Part shown: in pieces, positions 1 through 13,214 of the stretch
Numbering within the stretch: position 1 is the first letter of the stretch
Layout: the number at the start of each line of letters is the position of its first letter
Assembly (NCBI RefSeq): GCF_006345805.1
Contig: NC_042997.1
Span: forward strand, 173,662,001 to 173,726,000
Reading direction: 5' to 3'
Origin: Octopus sinensis
Taxonomy: Eukaryota
Length of the DNA: 64,000 bases
Position numbers and translations under genes: made by a program
The notes under the pieces: generated by a model
Told to the model about the DNA's origin: nothing
Database searches by the model: none
The model's input: only the letters and a program-made list of their open reading frames with translations

Positions 1-104
1 CATGGCTATCTATATAGGAATACATCCACCTCATCATGTGTGTGTAAATAATATAAATAGTACTTAAAAGTATAAAAATAATATAAATAGTAATTGATAT
101 TATA

Positions 105-355
105 GGCGCAGGCGTGGCTGTGTGGTAAGTAGCTTGCTTACCAACCAAATTGTTCTGGGTTCGGTCCCACTGCGTGGCAACTTGGGCACATATATATATG
201 TGTGTGTGTATTTGAGTGTCTGTTTGTCTCCCTCCATCACAGATAGAATAAGTATTAGGCTTACAAAAAATATGTCCTGGGATCGATTTCTTCGACTAAA
301 GGTGGTATTCCAGCATGGCCGCAGCCAAATGAATGAAACAAGTAAAAGAGTAAAA
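105..355 (+). mobile_element. SINE family A copy, internally deleted
   Basis: Head GGCGCAGG(A/C)GTGGCTGTGTGGTAAG with B-box-like GGGTTCGGTCCC and tail GAAACAAGTAAAAGAG, matching about 20 other copies in the window. Confidence 0.85.
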
Positions 356-1587
356 TTATATATATATATAATTTTAATACTATATATATGGACATGCATA
401 TGCGAATGTATGTGAGTATGTATATGTATCTATATATGTGTGCGTGTATGTGTTTATACGTATGCATATATACGTATATATGTGCGCACGTGTTTGCGTA
501 TAAGCATTGTATTTAAGGGTATGCGTGTGTGTGCATATATATATGCGTGTGTGTGTTTATGCATGTATTTGCATATTTGTATATGCATGTGTATGTTTGT
601 ATATGCATATACGTGTATATGTATATATATGTGTGTGTATGTGTATATATATATGTGTATGTGTACGGGTTTAAATGCACAGGTACTCAGGCCTATATAA
701 TAATGCATGCACACACATATATATGTACATGTATGAGTGCGTATATTGATATACACTTCTTTCTTTCTCTGATTCGTCTACCCACACTATCACATTAGCC
801 AGTAGAATAAACATATGTCTCTAGAAACTTGACCATTCTTAGTATTCTTTCTTTCCGTTTTGCGATTTACTACTCACTTTAGAATCCCCCTCCTATACCT
901 TTTTCTGTACTCATCTCTTAATGCCATTCTAATACATCACCCCACCTCACACATATATCCATTACTTACATTCCTATCTCTTCTTACCCCTCCCATATTC
1001 CCTTCCTCTCTCTCCCCTCATAATATCTTAACCACCAACTAACACTCCTTTTTTCTTTTTCTCTTCCTCTTTCTTTACTTTTCTTACCTTTTCCTTTGAC
1101 TTCTCCATTTTAACACACACATCTCTTCTCCTTTCTCTATCCACTTAATACTACCACTACGTTCTCAAATTTTCATTCACACCACAAGACCCCTTTGAAT
1201 GAACAGCACACGTCTCCACACTTACCATTTACAATGACAAAATATGAACTCCTATTGGAATTTACATACCACGGACAGGAAGCATTTCTTCCACTTCTAC
1301 ACACCACACCTACCTTGGATAATAGAACTTCAACTATAACATCTTTATACGTTTTCATTTTTATTTCTATATTCATTCTCCTATATTTCCCTATATACTC
1401 TTATTTGCTTCCTTTTCCAAAATAACTCCTCATATTGAACTCTTATATTTCCCTCCATTTAACCATCTCACATCGTCTCTCATGAATGGATATCCCTAAT
1501 GTCCCAGAAACAGCTGTAAGACTAACTTGGTCCTTATAAATGTCCTGAAAACTTCACACAGCCTTGGCTTTGTTGTCTCATTTTATC

Positions 1588-1656
<69 letters not shown>

Positions 1657-1819
1657 GATACACACACACAGATATATATATGCATATGTGTGTGTAGATA
1701 TAGATATAAATGACGTAATACATATGTATTCACATTTATATGCACATACAGACATGTATGTGTATAAATTTATTCATATATATATTTATGTGTGTGTGTG
1801 TAAGTATGTATATATTTCT

Positions 1820-2049
1820 TTTTTTTTTTTTTTGTACTTGTTTCAGTCATTTGACTGCGGCCATGCTGGAGCACCGCCTTTAGAGTGGTGAAAGAGTACA
1901 GCAGGGATCACCACCATCCCCTGCCGGAGCCTCGTGGAGCTTTTAGGTGTTTTCGCTCAATAAACACACACAACGCCCGGTCTGGGAATCGAAACCGCGA
2001 TCCTCCGACCGCAAGTCCGCTGCCCTAACCACTGGGCCATTGCGCCTCC
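1820..2049 (-). mobile_element. Chimeric SINE: family C tRNA-like head joined to family A 3' tail
   Basis: 1884-2049 is the reverse complement of the head of the family C copy at 58836; 1835-1883 is the family A tail followed by an A-run on the minus strand. Confidence 0.8.
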
Positions 2050-2098
<49 letters not shown>

Positions 2099-2309
2099 TG
2101 CACACATACAAGTACCAATTCGCGCACATACAGACATACATCAGTGCAAGCACTCACACACGCACATGTCTACGCGTACATATAAAACGTAGATGCGCTG
2201 GGAGTGAGGAAAGTGCAGCGAACACTGTCCATTGTAGTAACAAAGAAAATTTGTCAAACACACATGTAGATTTTCCACTATTTCACGAATGTCAGTCATT
2301 ATTCTTTAG

Positions 2310-2369
2310 CTATCGATTATATAGTTTTTCATCTCAATCTCTACAACATTCTTCATTACTATTCAACAA
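2310..2369 (+). CDS. Weak candidate internal exon (60 nt, phase 1-1), xIDYIVFHLNLYNILHYYSTx
   Basis: Acceptor TATTCTTTAG, donor AA|GTAAAG, open frame; no recognisable homology. Confidence 0.12.
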
Positions 2370-2624
2370 GTAAAGCCTATATCTGATCGTCCAGCTTGCT
2401 AGAAACAGCAACCAAATCACCTTAAAACTATAACTATAGAAACAAAACCTATTTCCGGTTGTCGTCCGGTTAAAATTACCCCGACCAAGACCATAATTCA
2501 GATACAATCCAGCCCTTTCTTTATAGTAGGAAATACCAACATAGGGCATATACCCCACTAGTGGAGCCTGAGAAAATTGTGGTGGAGCGTGGGGCTCAAT
2601 TCTTTTTGTTTTTTAGTCTTATAG

Positions 2625-3018
2625 AAGTGGCTGTGTGGTAAGTAGCTTCCTTACCAACCACATGGTTCCAGGTTCAGTCACACTGCATGGCACTTTGGGC
2701 AAGTGCCTTCTACTATAGCCTCGGGCCGACCAAAGCCTTGTAAGTCAATTTGGTAGACGGAAACTGAAAGAAGCCTGTCGTATATATGTATATATATATG
2801 TGTATGTGGGTGTATGTTTGTATGTCTGTGTTTTCCCCCAACATCACTTGATAACCGATGCTTGTGTTTTTACATCCCCGTAACTTAGCAGTTCGGCCAA
2901 AGAACCAATAGAATAAGTACTAGGCTTACAAAGAATTAGTCCTGGGGTCGATTTGCTCGGCTAAAAGGCGCTGCTCCAGCATGGTCGCAGTCAAATGACT
3001 GAAATAAGTAAAAGAAGG
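2625..3018 (+). mobile_element. SINE family A copy
   Basis: Left arm, internal (TA)/(TG) tract and right arm colinear with other copies. Confidence 0.85.
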
Positions 3019-3748
3019 AATATATATATATATATATATTTATACAAAAAAGTAGGTTTTACTGTATTCTGTATTCTAAAGAGAAGCATTTTAACCGGCC
3101 TCCTATGAAATTTCATCCCGACAATCTGTGCTTTATTAACTGAAAACAATAGCGCCTGGCTAGATTTATGGTAGATGGTCACTTTATCTAAGGCATATTA
3201 TAGATAAATGGACTAAGGTTTAAGGACGTGGGTGGTGATCATAGCGTTGGAGGTAACAAAAGTGATTGTGTGTTTGTGTGTAAATGTTTGTGGGATGTTG
3301 TAAATGCTTGTAGGACGTGGGGAATAGAAGGCAAGGTTAGAAAAGAAATGAAGAAAGATATATAACGAATGAATAAAGAATGTGACAGAATGGAAGGTAA
3401 AGGATAGGGAGAGAAATAGAGTAAATGAACGGAGAGAAATGAAGGACAAAGGGAAAATAAAGAAATGGAACAGAGGTATTTTGAGGAAGAGAAAGTGAGA
3501 AAGGATTGATGGAGATGTAGAAGAAAGAGAAATAGAGAGGATAAGCTATGTAGATTAAAGAGAAAAAGAAAACGGAGAGAAGAAAAGAACAATGGTGGTT
3601 AAAAGAAAGAAAAGGAAGGGAAAAAAGGGAAAGCAGAATGAAAAGAAGGAACTGAAATGGGAAGGTTCAAAAAGGAAAGAGAGGAAAATACGTAAAATCC
3701 TTTCTACTAAAGGCACAAGGCCTGAAATTTGTGGCAGGGGGTAAGTAG

Positions 3749-3782
<34 letters not shown>

Positions 3783-3944
3783 GTGTGTGTGGTGTGGTGT
3801 GTGGTGTGTGTGTGTGTGTGTGGTGTGTGTGTGGTGTGTGTGTGTGTGCGTGTGTAAAATGAAATAAGGGTAGAAATTGATGTTAATCAATTAAAACCAG
3901 AGGCTTAGCATATTTAAAAATCTGAAGATTAAAAATTGTGTTAC

Positions 3945-4202
3945 ATACAAAATTAAGAGGAATGACCACTAAAGTGGACACCTAATATGCTAAACATAGA
4001 CGTAAAATCTATGAAAATACAGGATGGTTTAGTAGGTAATCGTTTTTATTTTGTATATTTTCATTTGTTTTGCTCATTTTTACATTTTGGCGTTTTTGCT
4101 GAGATTTTTTTCTTGAGAACACATTCTTCGTGGTATTAGCGATTTGTCGTCTATGTTAGCATATAGGGTGTCCACTTTAGTGGTCATTCCTCCTCTTAAT
4201 TT

Positions 4203-4207
<5 letters not shown>
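3945..4207. repeat. Inverted repeat with ~65-bp arms (MITE-like or two opposed repeat ends)
   Basis: 3945-4009 (ACAAAATTAAGAGG...GTGGACACC...AAAATC) is the reverse complement of 4141-4207 with a few indels. Confidence 0.75.
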
Positions 4208-4283
<76 letters not shown>

Positions 4284-4438
4284 AAAATGGAGACAAGCGC
4301 AAACTTTTCTATGTGATTGGCTTCAATAATTATTGAGAATTTTCTTTACATGAAATCAACGGTAGCTTTAATACACAAATAAAGAATCCTCATTCACCAG
4401 CTCAGTGCTGAGCACACATTCTCATTGTTCGATATTTA

Positions 4439-4481
<43 letters not shown>

Positions 4482-4676
4482 GCACGCACACACACACACA
4501 CATACACATGTATACACCATATTCCTCTACACACGTTCGGTCTACTAATTTCACTAAAAATGATTTAGTCGACTCGAGTCTATAGTAGGAGATACTTGCC
4601 TAAGGTGCCACGCATTTTGTTTTGAAGGTAATACACCATACGTTTTTATTTTTATCCAATGTACCTTTGCATTTAG

Positions 4677-4741
4677 AAAAAGGGAATAATTCCTTGAGAA
4701 CAGAGGATCTTACGCTGAGCAGTAAAAATCCCTGGCAGGTT
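4677..4741 (+). CDS. Weak candidate internal exon, xKGNNSLRTEDLTLSSKNPWQV
   Basis: Pyrimidine tract plus TAG acceptor at 4676, donor GTGAGC at 4742 (or GT at 4739), open frame; no homology recognised. Confidence 0.15.
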
Positions 4742-5253
4742 GTGAGCTTATACGAATGTGACAAATGTTAAACAGGTACTATGGCGTTCACTGGGTTCCT
4801 AAAGATTTTGTGATTTATGTTAGGCAGCAATAAATATTTAATCTGGGTATAATATTTAGATTTTAAATTAATTCTCAAAAATATCTTTATTGAGAATTAA
4901 TTATAAATAGGAAAATGCGCTTCCAGTAAATAAAGATAATTGATGACGCTTCAAGAACTGATACAATTTATTCGTATAAGTTTTCACTTGCTTTATTTAT
5001 AAAAAAAAATTAACATAGCGGGTTCTATTCCACGCAGGTATCTAAAATGTTGCAGATTTTTATTGGGGCTGTATACGAAAATATCTTTATCTAGTTTTGA
5101 AAGGCCAGCAATTTTGAAGGAATTTTGAGGGAAGGGTGAAGTCAATTTTATCGATCCCATTATTCAGCTGGTTCTCACTTTATCGATCTCGAAGAAAGTC
5201 GACCACGGTGGCATGGAAACAACTGTATGCACAAAAAATTAACTTCTTTTCGA

Positions 5254-5509
5254 CTCTTTAACTCTTTTACTTATTTCAGTCATTTGACTGCTGCCATGCT
5301 GGAGCACCGCCTTTAGTCGAGCAAATCGACTCCAGGACTTATTCTTTGTAAGCCTGGTACTTATTTTATCGGTCTCTTTTCCCGAACCGCTAAGTTACGA
5401 GGACGTAAACACACCAGCATCGGTTGTCAAGCGATGTTGGGAGCACAAATACAGACACACAAACAAGACGCACACACGCACACATACACACAAACACACA
5501 CCAACACAA

Positions 5510-5577
<68 letters not shown>

Positions 5578-5739
5578 GACGGGCTTCTTTCAGTTTCCGT
5601 CTACCAAATCCGCTCACAAGGCTTTGGTCGGCCCGAGGCTATAGTAGAAGACACTTGCCCAAGGTGCCACGCAGTGGGACTGAACCCGGAACAATTTGGT
5701 TGGTAAGCAAGCTACATACCACACAGCCACTCCTACGTC
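5254..5739 (-). mobile_element. SINE family A copy, full length
   Basis: Reverse complement of both arms with an internal (CA)n(TA)n tract. Confidence 0.9.
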
Positions 5740-7599
5740 TGAAATAATTTATTTCATTTCTTTCTTTTTCCTTTTTTCTTTCTTCTTTCTTGCAAACTAA
5801 GGATAAGTAACGTTGTTTGTAAAATACCATTCAATGAAGGAAGGTGCTGAACAACGAATTCTTAAATTACTGATTTTGGGGGATCTCAGCAGCTCATTAA
5901 GTAACACAGCGAAAACTTGGAATGAAGATGAACAAAATAGGAAAATTGACGAGTAAAGAGCGCAGTGAATGGAAATGCACATGTGTCGTATTATTAACTT
6001 GATCGGACTTTTAGTGCCAAGAATACCAAAGCTTTGTTGCCAAGACCTCTGAATATGCTGCCAAGTAAGGTCACGAGTATATCTGTTTCCTAATGATTGA
6101 ACTTGCAATTAGAAATTCTTAGAACTGGTCGCTAATTGCGGCTTATTTCCTGGCTCTTGTATCGTTATATTCGACGTCCAATCAATGATTAAGATAAAGG
6201 TCACTGCTGGGTGAGGTAGTGATAGAGTTAGGTTTCGTGTGTTTACTGATACTGTAGGAGATGGTGGTGGGGCTTGACTTTGATGCTTGGTGGTGGTGGT
6301 GGTGGTGGTTTTGAAGGAATTAACATGCAGGCTAGTGTTGCTACTGCTGTTGCTGCTGCTGATGATTTTTTTTTTTTCATTTTATGAATCATTTTAAGAA
6401 CAATAGCGTCCTTGGTTACAGGTATCTAACTGGCCAATTATTGGTTCTATGCATTTACGAACGCGAGAGCGACGATGTGTATTCTGTTCAACAAAGTACG
6501 GAACAAATTTTGCAAGAAATTTTTTGGTCGAATGCCCCTGTTTATCGGTGTATTTGACGAAGCCTTACATCTTTCATTGACATACATCATTAAATACTAC
6601 ATACACAAACTTACATAAAGTCATACACGTATGTATCCAACGTAATCCGAATTCTAAAAGACGTGTATACATACACATGCTCGTGCGCACACGCACACAC
6701 ACATCTATACAGAGGGGGGGGAGGGAAGGGAGTGGAAGAGAAGGGGAGGAAAAGAGAGACCGATAGACAGATAGACAGACAAACTGACACACAATTCGTG
6801 TTCTTTGCACTGCTGATTCAGACCCGTATTTCTTCCATACTACCACAAGCAAATTTGTGAAGGAACTATTATTCTTGATAAACTTCATTAAAACTTGGAA
6901 GATACTCATATTCTTATATCTGCAATATTTAGAGAGCACATTAAAAATATAGTTTAATCAAGTTTATTTATAAAATTCGAACAGTTGAATACAATGAGAA
7001 TATTTTCAAAGAGATTTGTTAGATTTGTTTTGTAAGGTCTGCATTGTATCAAATTTCCCTTCAAATTTGACCAGGTGAACGAGCTGTCATTTACGTATTT
7101 GCTTCATAGAGTGATTTCCGTCTCAATCACTGATTTTTTAGATTACTTTTTTTTTTTAACTAAGCAGTTTCAAACTTCGAATACTGGTAGAATTTCTCAC
7201 GTAGAACACGGTTTACTCTGAACGTTTTTGAAAAATTTCCTATTTTAGAAGTTATTTCGTGTTAAAGTTGTCGTATTTGGGTAATTTCAACCAATCAACA
7301 ATGTGTATTCGGTTGAAGAAAGCTACTGCTGTTTGCGATAGTAATCGAACAGAAACAACTTCCAGGTCATCTCTACTAAATGTCACCGCTCTGTTCTATT
7401 CGTCACCTTTATCCTTCCTTCCTTTCTAGTCAGCACCGTGCATCCCTTACTCTTTCCGTCCCTTATACAATATCAACTAGCAACCAGCGAGCAAACATGT
7501 TCCTGCCTCTACAATTACTATATTTTCCGGTGTATAAGTCGCTACTTGTTTGTTTTATCTTCATGTTTCGATAATGTTATTTTTAATCTAATAAAGAAT

Positions 7600-8026
7600 T
7601 TAATAGCTATTTCTTTATTGCCCGCAGGGGGCTAAACATAGAGGGGGCAAACAAGGACAGACAAAGAGATTAAGTCGATTACATCGACCCCGGTGCGTAA
7701 CTGGTACTTATTTAATCGACCCTCAAAAGGATGACTGGCAAAGTCGACCTCGGCGGAATTAGAACTCAGAACGTAACGGCAGACGAAATACCTATTTCCT
7801 TTACTACCCACAAGGGGCTAATCACAAAGGGTACAAACAAGGACAGACAAACGGATTAAGTCGATTATATCGACTTCAGTGCGTAACTGGTATTTATTTA
7901 ATCGACCCCGAAAGGATGACTGGCAAAGTCGACCTCGGCGGAATTTGAACTCAGAACGTAACGACAGACGAAATACTGCTAAGCATTTCGCCCGGCGTGC
8001 TAACGTTTCTGCCTGCTCGCCGCCTT
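7600..8026 (-). mobile_element. SINE family B head-to-tail dimer
   Basis: Two copies of the GTCGACTTTGCC(T/A)...CATCCTTT...GGGTCGAT core; head GGCGGCGAGC at about 8023. Confidence 0.85.
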
Positions 8027-8447
8027 AATAAAGACTTTTATATTGACGAAATGTTTGTTGTTGATTATAGTAAGATAAAATCATGACAATAACAATACAT
8101 CTCATAGTTGTAAAATAATGCATTTTGAAACTACATATACGTCAACAACAACAAAACTAGCTGCGGACTCGTTGCTGTTTGGTGTCGTTTCTTATATATA
8201 TATACATAGAAAAGTTTATATGCCAACAGAATATAGCAGTCCTATAAAGTATGACGCTACTGTTGTTTTAGCACCAGGAACCGCTAGCTAACGGGGACAT
8301 AAACATACAACACTGTTATCAAGTGGTGAAGGAGGGAGGGACAAACACAGACACAATGACGCATACACACACACATATATATATATATATGACGGGCTTC
8401 TTTCAGTTTCAGTCTACCAAATCCACTCACAAGGCTTTGATCCCTTG

Positions 8448-9088
8448 CCGGCAGTTCTCCAGCACCGAGGACAGGAAATTATCCAGAAACTATTGATCTG
8501 TCGGTACTACTAGTGGCCAGGAGTGAGTAGTACACTCCCTTGCTCACAGTATATTTCAGACACAGATTGTGTGTCAATAACCAGCTGGACAAGATGTTTT
8601 CCTGGTGCTAAAAGGTAGTAACATAGTCCTACGTAGGACTGCCACCTTACGTTGGCAAATAAATTTTAGTATACAATATAGTTACTACTTAGATCTCATT
8701 CAGAGACTTAAAACTAGCTGTTCTACTCATTATGAGGTTAGTGACTGTCTGTCACTTCTATATCTATATACAGTGAATAGGATCATGTAAGCTGGTATCT
8801 CTAGCCGGCGGTTTTTAGCACCGAGGACGGGAAATTACTTAGAAACCATTGGTCTGTTGGTACTGCTAGTGGTCAGGAGTCGAGTAGTACGCTCCCTTGC
8901 TCACAGTATATTTCGGACACAGATCGTGTATCGATAGCCAGCTGGAAAATGTTTTTCTGGGGCTAAAAGGTAGTAACAGGGTCCTACACGGGACTGCCAC
9001 CTCATGTTGGTAAATAGATTTTACTATGCAGTATAGTTACTACGTAGATCTCATTCAGAGTTTTAAAACTAGCTGTTTTACTCATTAT
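8448..9088. repeat. Diverged tandem repeat, 357-bp period, about 1.8 copies
   Basis: 8448-8804 is colinear with 8805-9088; both begin CCGGC(A/G)GTT and the alignment ends at ACTCATTAT. Confidence 0.9.
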
Positions 9089-9429
9089 ACACACAGACAC
9101 ACACACACACACAATCGATGAGCTTGTACACAGTTTCCGTCTATGCCTAGCAAATGATCTCGTAAGGAATTAGTCGGCCAACGGCTATAATAGCAGACAC
9201 TTACTTGCCTGTCTGCTGCGCACTAGGACTGAGCTTGAAACTAGAATTAATCCTTAGCAGGAGGGCGTATTATCTATGAGAAATAAAACATAGATAAATT
9301 CAACGAAGTATGTTTAAAGTCATTAAAATCGAAATATAATTTACAAAAGAGCTCAACGAATATAAATTAAAAAAATATAGTTTGGCTACGACAAAAGCCA
9401 CTGGGAAGGAAAACCGCTGTGTGTGTGCA

Positions 9430-9465
<36 letters not shown>

Positions 9466-9479
9466 TGTATGTATGTATG

Positions 9480-9510
<31 letters not shown>

Positions 9511-10180
9511 GTATGTATGTATGTATGAATGTATGTAGGCACAATGTACATATGTATGCATTTATATATATCTGTATGTACGTATACATGTATGTATACT
9601 TTGAATGAACATGCAACATGCGGAAGATCTGGAAAAGCAGTAGTCCAGTAATAAATAATACAAAAATGTTGATGGGTATGTGTAGGCAAAGAGAAACTTG
9701 AACACAACAGCCTTAATTAAATCTCTATGAGATCAGAGATATGCAAGCAATGTCACTATTTCGATTAATATCTACTGAAACGCTAGAAGATTAACCATCA
9801 GATAACTGAATGGATCAATACGTACTGTATATGTAAATATAAATATAGTGGTATGGTGTATGCATGCCTGCATATTTTCAAAGTTTTTGTTAAATATCTG
9901 CAATCTCTGAATTAGCCTTGATTTTTCGGGTTTTCTGAGGTTCGCTTCATGAAGTTTGGTGCTCAGGCAGTTACTTATCAAACCTTGTACTTCATTAATG
10001 ACAGCCATAAATTTAAAATTATACCTAGGATGTAATAATTGCATAATTCCCATTGCATCAATACAGATGTTTTCGTTTTCCCTATGTATCAACGTTCTTT
10101 TAGCATCTCCTGGACAATTAATTTCTACTGCTGAGCACATATTCTATCCCTGCACCATATTTTTGTCTGCTATGCTTTGA

Positions 10181-10292
10181 CTTTATTTTACAGCATTTTG
10201 GGCAGAACATTTTCATAAAAGGGTAAATGATACTCACTTTATTTTACAGCATTTTGGGCAGAACATTTTCATAAAAGGATAAAAGATACTCT
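10181..10292. repeat. 56-bp direct tandem duplication
   Basis: CTTTATTTTACAGCATTTTGGGCAGAACATTTTCATAAAAGG starts at both 10181 and 10237. Confidence 0.9.
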
Positions 10293-10799
10293 CTACACTA
10301 CTTCAGACTTCTTACCATTTTACTTTCCACTTTCTACGAATAACATTATCTAGTGATTTCGCCAGCAGCTCATTCCTTCTAAGTAAACAACAACGTGTTG
10401 ACGTTTTTAGACTATTGCTTACAATGAGAGTCCCATCATCACTGTATAATCCACCAAAGTTGCATCGGTGGTCATATCTAAGGGTGATAACTTATGCATC
10501 TTCCATGGATTTAACACTTTTACCTGTTCCGAGCAGCAGGTATTTTGCTGATATTCACATTTCTGGATTACAGATGCATACCTTTATAAAGTGAGCTAAT
10601 ATACACCATGTTGGAATATAATAGACTACTCTGTCTACAAGGTTACTGTCACTCTGAAGTTTTCTGACCACATACATAGTTGTGAGTAATCGTCTGTCGA
10701 TCAGTAATACATCTATCATTTGGTGTTCAAGTGCAGCAAGATGTATGTTTGTATGTATGTATGCTTGAATGTAGGTAGACATGCAGGACATGCATGTAG

Positions 10800-11150
10800 G
10801 CATGTATGTATAGACATAGATATGTAGGCCTATATTTTTATGTATTCATCCATGTGTATAATTAAATTTCTTCGTTCCTTCGCGTATATGTAGATATATA
10901 TGCATGCATGCATGCATACATGCATATATGTATGTGTGTATGTATGCATACACATATATGTATGTATGTATGTATGCGTGCACATATGCATGTTTACAAG
11001 TATATAATCCATGTACGTATATATGCAAGCGTTCGTCAGTAAATGTATATGCATATATCTATGCATCAATATATATATATATATATATATATGTGCATAC
11101 ATGATACATACATATATGTGCATATATATACATATATATATATATATATG

Positions 11151-11232
<82 letters not shown>

Positions 11233-11302
11233 TACATATATATATTATATATATATATATATGTATCTATATATATATATATATAGATACATATATATAT
11301 AC

Positions 11303-11391
<89 letters not shown>

Positions 11392-11400
11392 TATACACGT
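10800..11400. repeat. (TA)n / (TATG)n compound microsatellite
   Basis: Read directly. Similar tracts at 24650-25320, 44800-45220, 53880-54080, 59920-60200 and 63480-64000. Confidence 0.95.
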
Positions 11401-12079
11401 GTGTGTTGTTAATTACTTTATCTCTCTTAAAAAGGAAAATGAAATAGGGGAACACTACAACCGGAAGGTGAAAAAAAAAGACAACCACAACAAAACAAAA
11501 CTAACAAAAACGAAAGACAGAATGAATGATACCACAAAACTGTCAATACAGGAAAGAAATCAATCTTCTTTTGAATCAGGAAATGAACCTATGGTGTTGG
11601 ACGTCGCCATGTTAGACTATAAATAGTCATATGCTATTGGTCAAATGTCATACCCGGCCACGCAGTGGATTAAGTCTAGAGTATCTAGATGAGGCTTAGA
11701 TTCTAATCATGCAGATCTCATCATTGCTGTATATGATTTATCCTTAACAAAAGATGTTATGTATGACGCGTGGTTGCATGTTATGCTAGAAATAGAAACC
11801 AGTTCGACTGCAAGTCATATCTTTACTCTGGTACAAATGGAACACATTGGATTTTTTGGTCTTGGGTTCCGTTCGTTGCAACATTGGTAAAATATGGAAT
11901 TGTCGCATTTGGAATGATTTTAATTATGCGTCTCCTTCATCAGTGTTGATTTAGGGGTATGTTATATGCCCATGCACACTTACATGTTATACATACCTAC
12001 ATATACATACAAGCACACACGCACGCGCACACGCACACACACACACAAACATATATACACACATATATAAGATATATGT

Positions 12080-12715
12080 AAAGGCGGCGATGTAATCGAC
12101 TTAATCCCTTTGTCTGCCCTTGTTTGTCCCCGCTATGTTTAGCCCCTTGTGGGCAATAAAGAAATAAGAAACGTTAGCACGCCGGGCGAAATGCGAAGCC
12201 GTATTTCGTCTGCCGTTACGTTCTGAGTTCAAATTCCGCCGAGGTCGACTTTGCCTTTCATCCTTTCGGGGTCGATTAAATAAGTACCAGGTACGCACTG
12301 GGGTCGATGTAATCGATTTAATCCGTCTGTCTGTCCTTGTTTGTCTCCTCTGTGTTTAGTCCCTTGTGGGTAGTAAAGAAATAGGTATTTCGTCTGTCTT
12401 TCTGTTCTGAGTTCAATTTCCGCCGAGGTCGACTTCACCTTTCATCCTTACGGGGTCGATAAATTAAATACCAGTTGCGTACTGGAGTCGATGTAATCGA
12501 CTGTCCCCACTCTCCGAAAATTTCGGGCCTTGTGCCTAGAGTAGAAAAGAATATTTCATTCGTTCGTACGTTCTGAGTTCAAATTCTGTCGAAGTCTACT
12601 TTGCCTCCCATCCTTTCGAGATCCATAACATAATACTTGTTGATTACTGGTGTGGATGTAAGCGGTTAGCTCCTTCTGAAATTTCAGGCCTTGTGCCTGT
12701 AGTACAAAGGATTAC
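12080..12715 (+). mobile_element. SINE family B concatemer (3-4 partial units)
   Basis: Repeated GTTCTGAGTTCAA(A/T)TTC, GTCGACTT and GGGGTCGAT blocks with two alternative 3' tails. Confidence 0.85.
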
Positions 12716-13214
12716 TTTCTAGCTATATTTATTTGTATTCGAGCAACTTCGTACAAATACTTATTTTTAAATTTCTCAATGCTTTGAAAATACGATACTC
12801 ACGTGACCACAATCACGTGCACACAGTCACGTGCGCACAGTGATTTCTAATGTTTCTCTAACCTTTTCCCTAACCTTATCTTCCTATAGTTAAAGTACAC
12901 GACACCCTTATTGCGATCTTTTTTTGTAGATTTTGTTTTATTCAAATTTAAAACAGCTTGACAACTCAACGATACTCTAAATCAGTGTTCCTCAAAACAA
13001 TATTATGAGGGTTTGTAACGTTTTAAGCAAATTGCATGCGATGAAAGAATTATATGAAGACGAAATGCGGATGTGCTGATAATTTTCAGTAATATCTGAG
13101 GTAGGTAGGCAGGTTCCTTTTTGTCAGTTTCAGAATACTCTAGGTTATTGTTATAACTCAGCTGGAAACCATTGCTTTTTTATTTTAAATAAAAGTAATA
13201 TTAGATATTGTTGT

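Noticed and set aside
440-800. Many ORFs rich in Y/I/C/V/H/T (also at 11-11.6, 20.1-20.6, 44.7-46.3 and 63.4-64 kb)
   Set aside because: They are translations of (TA)n, (TG)n, (CA)n and (ATCT)n microsatellites.
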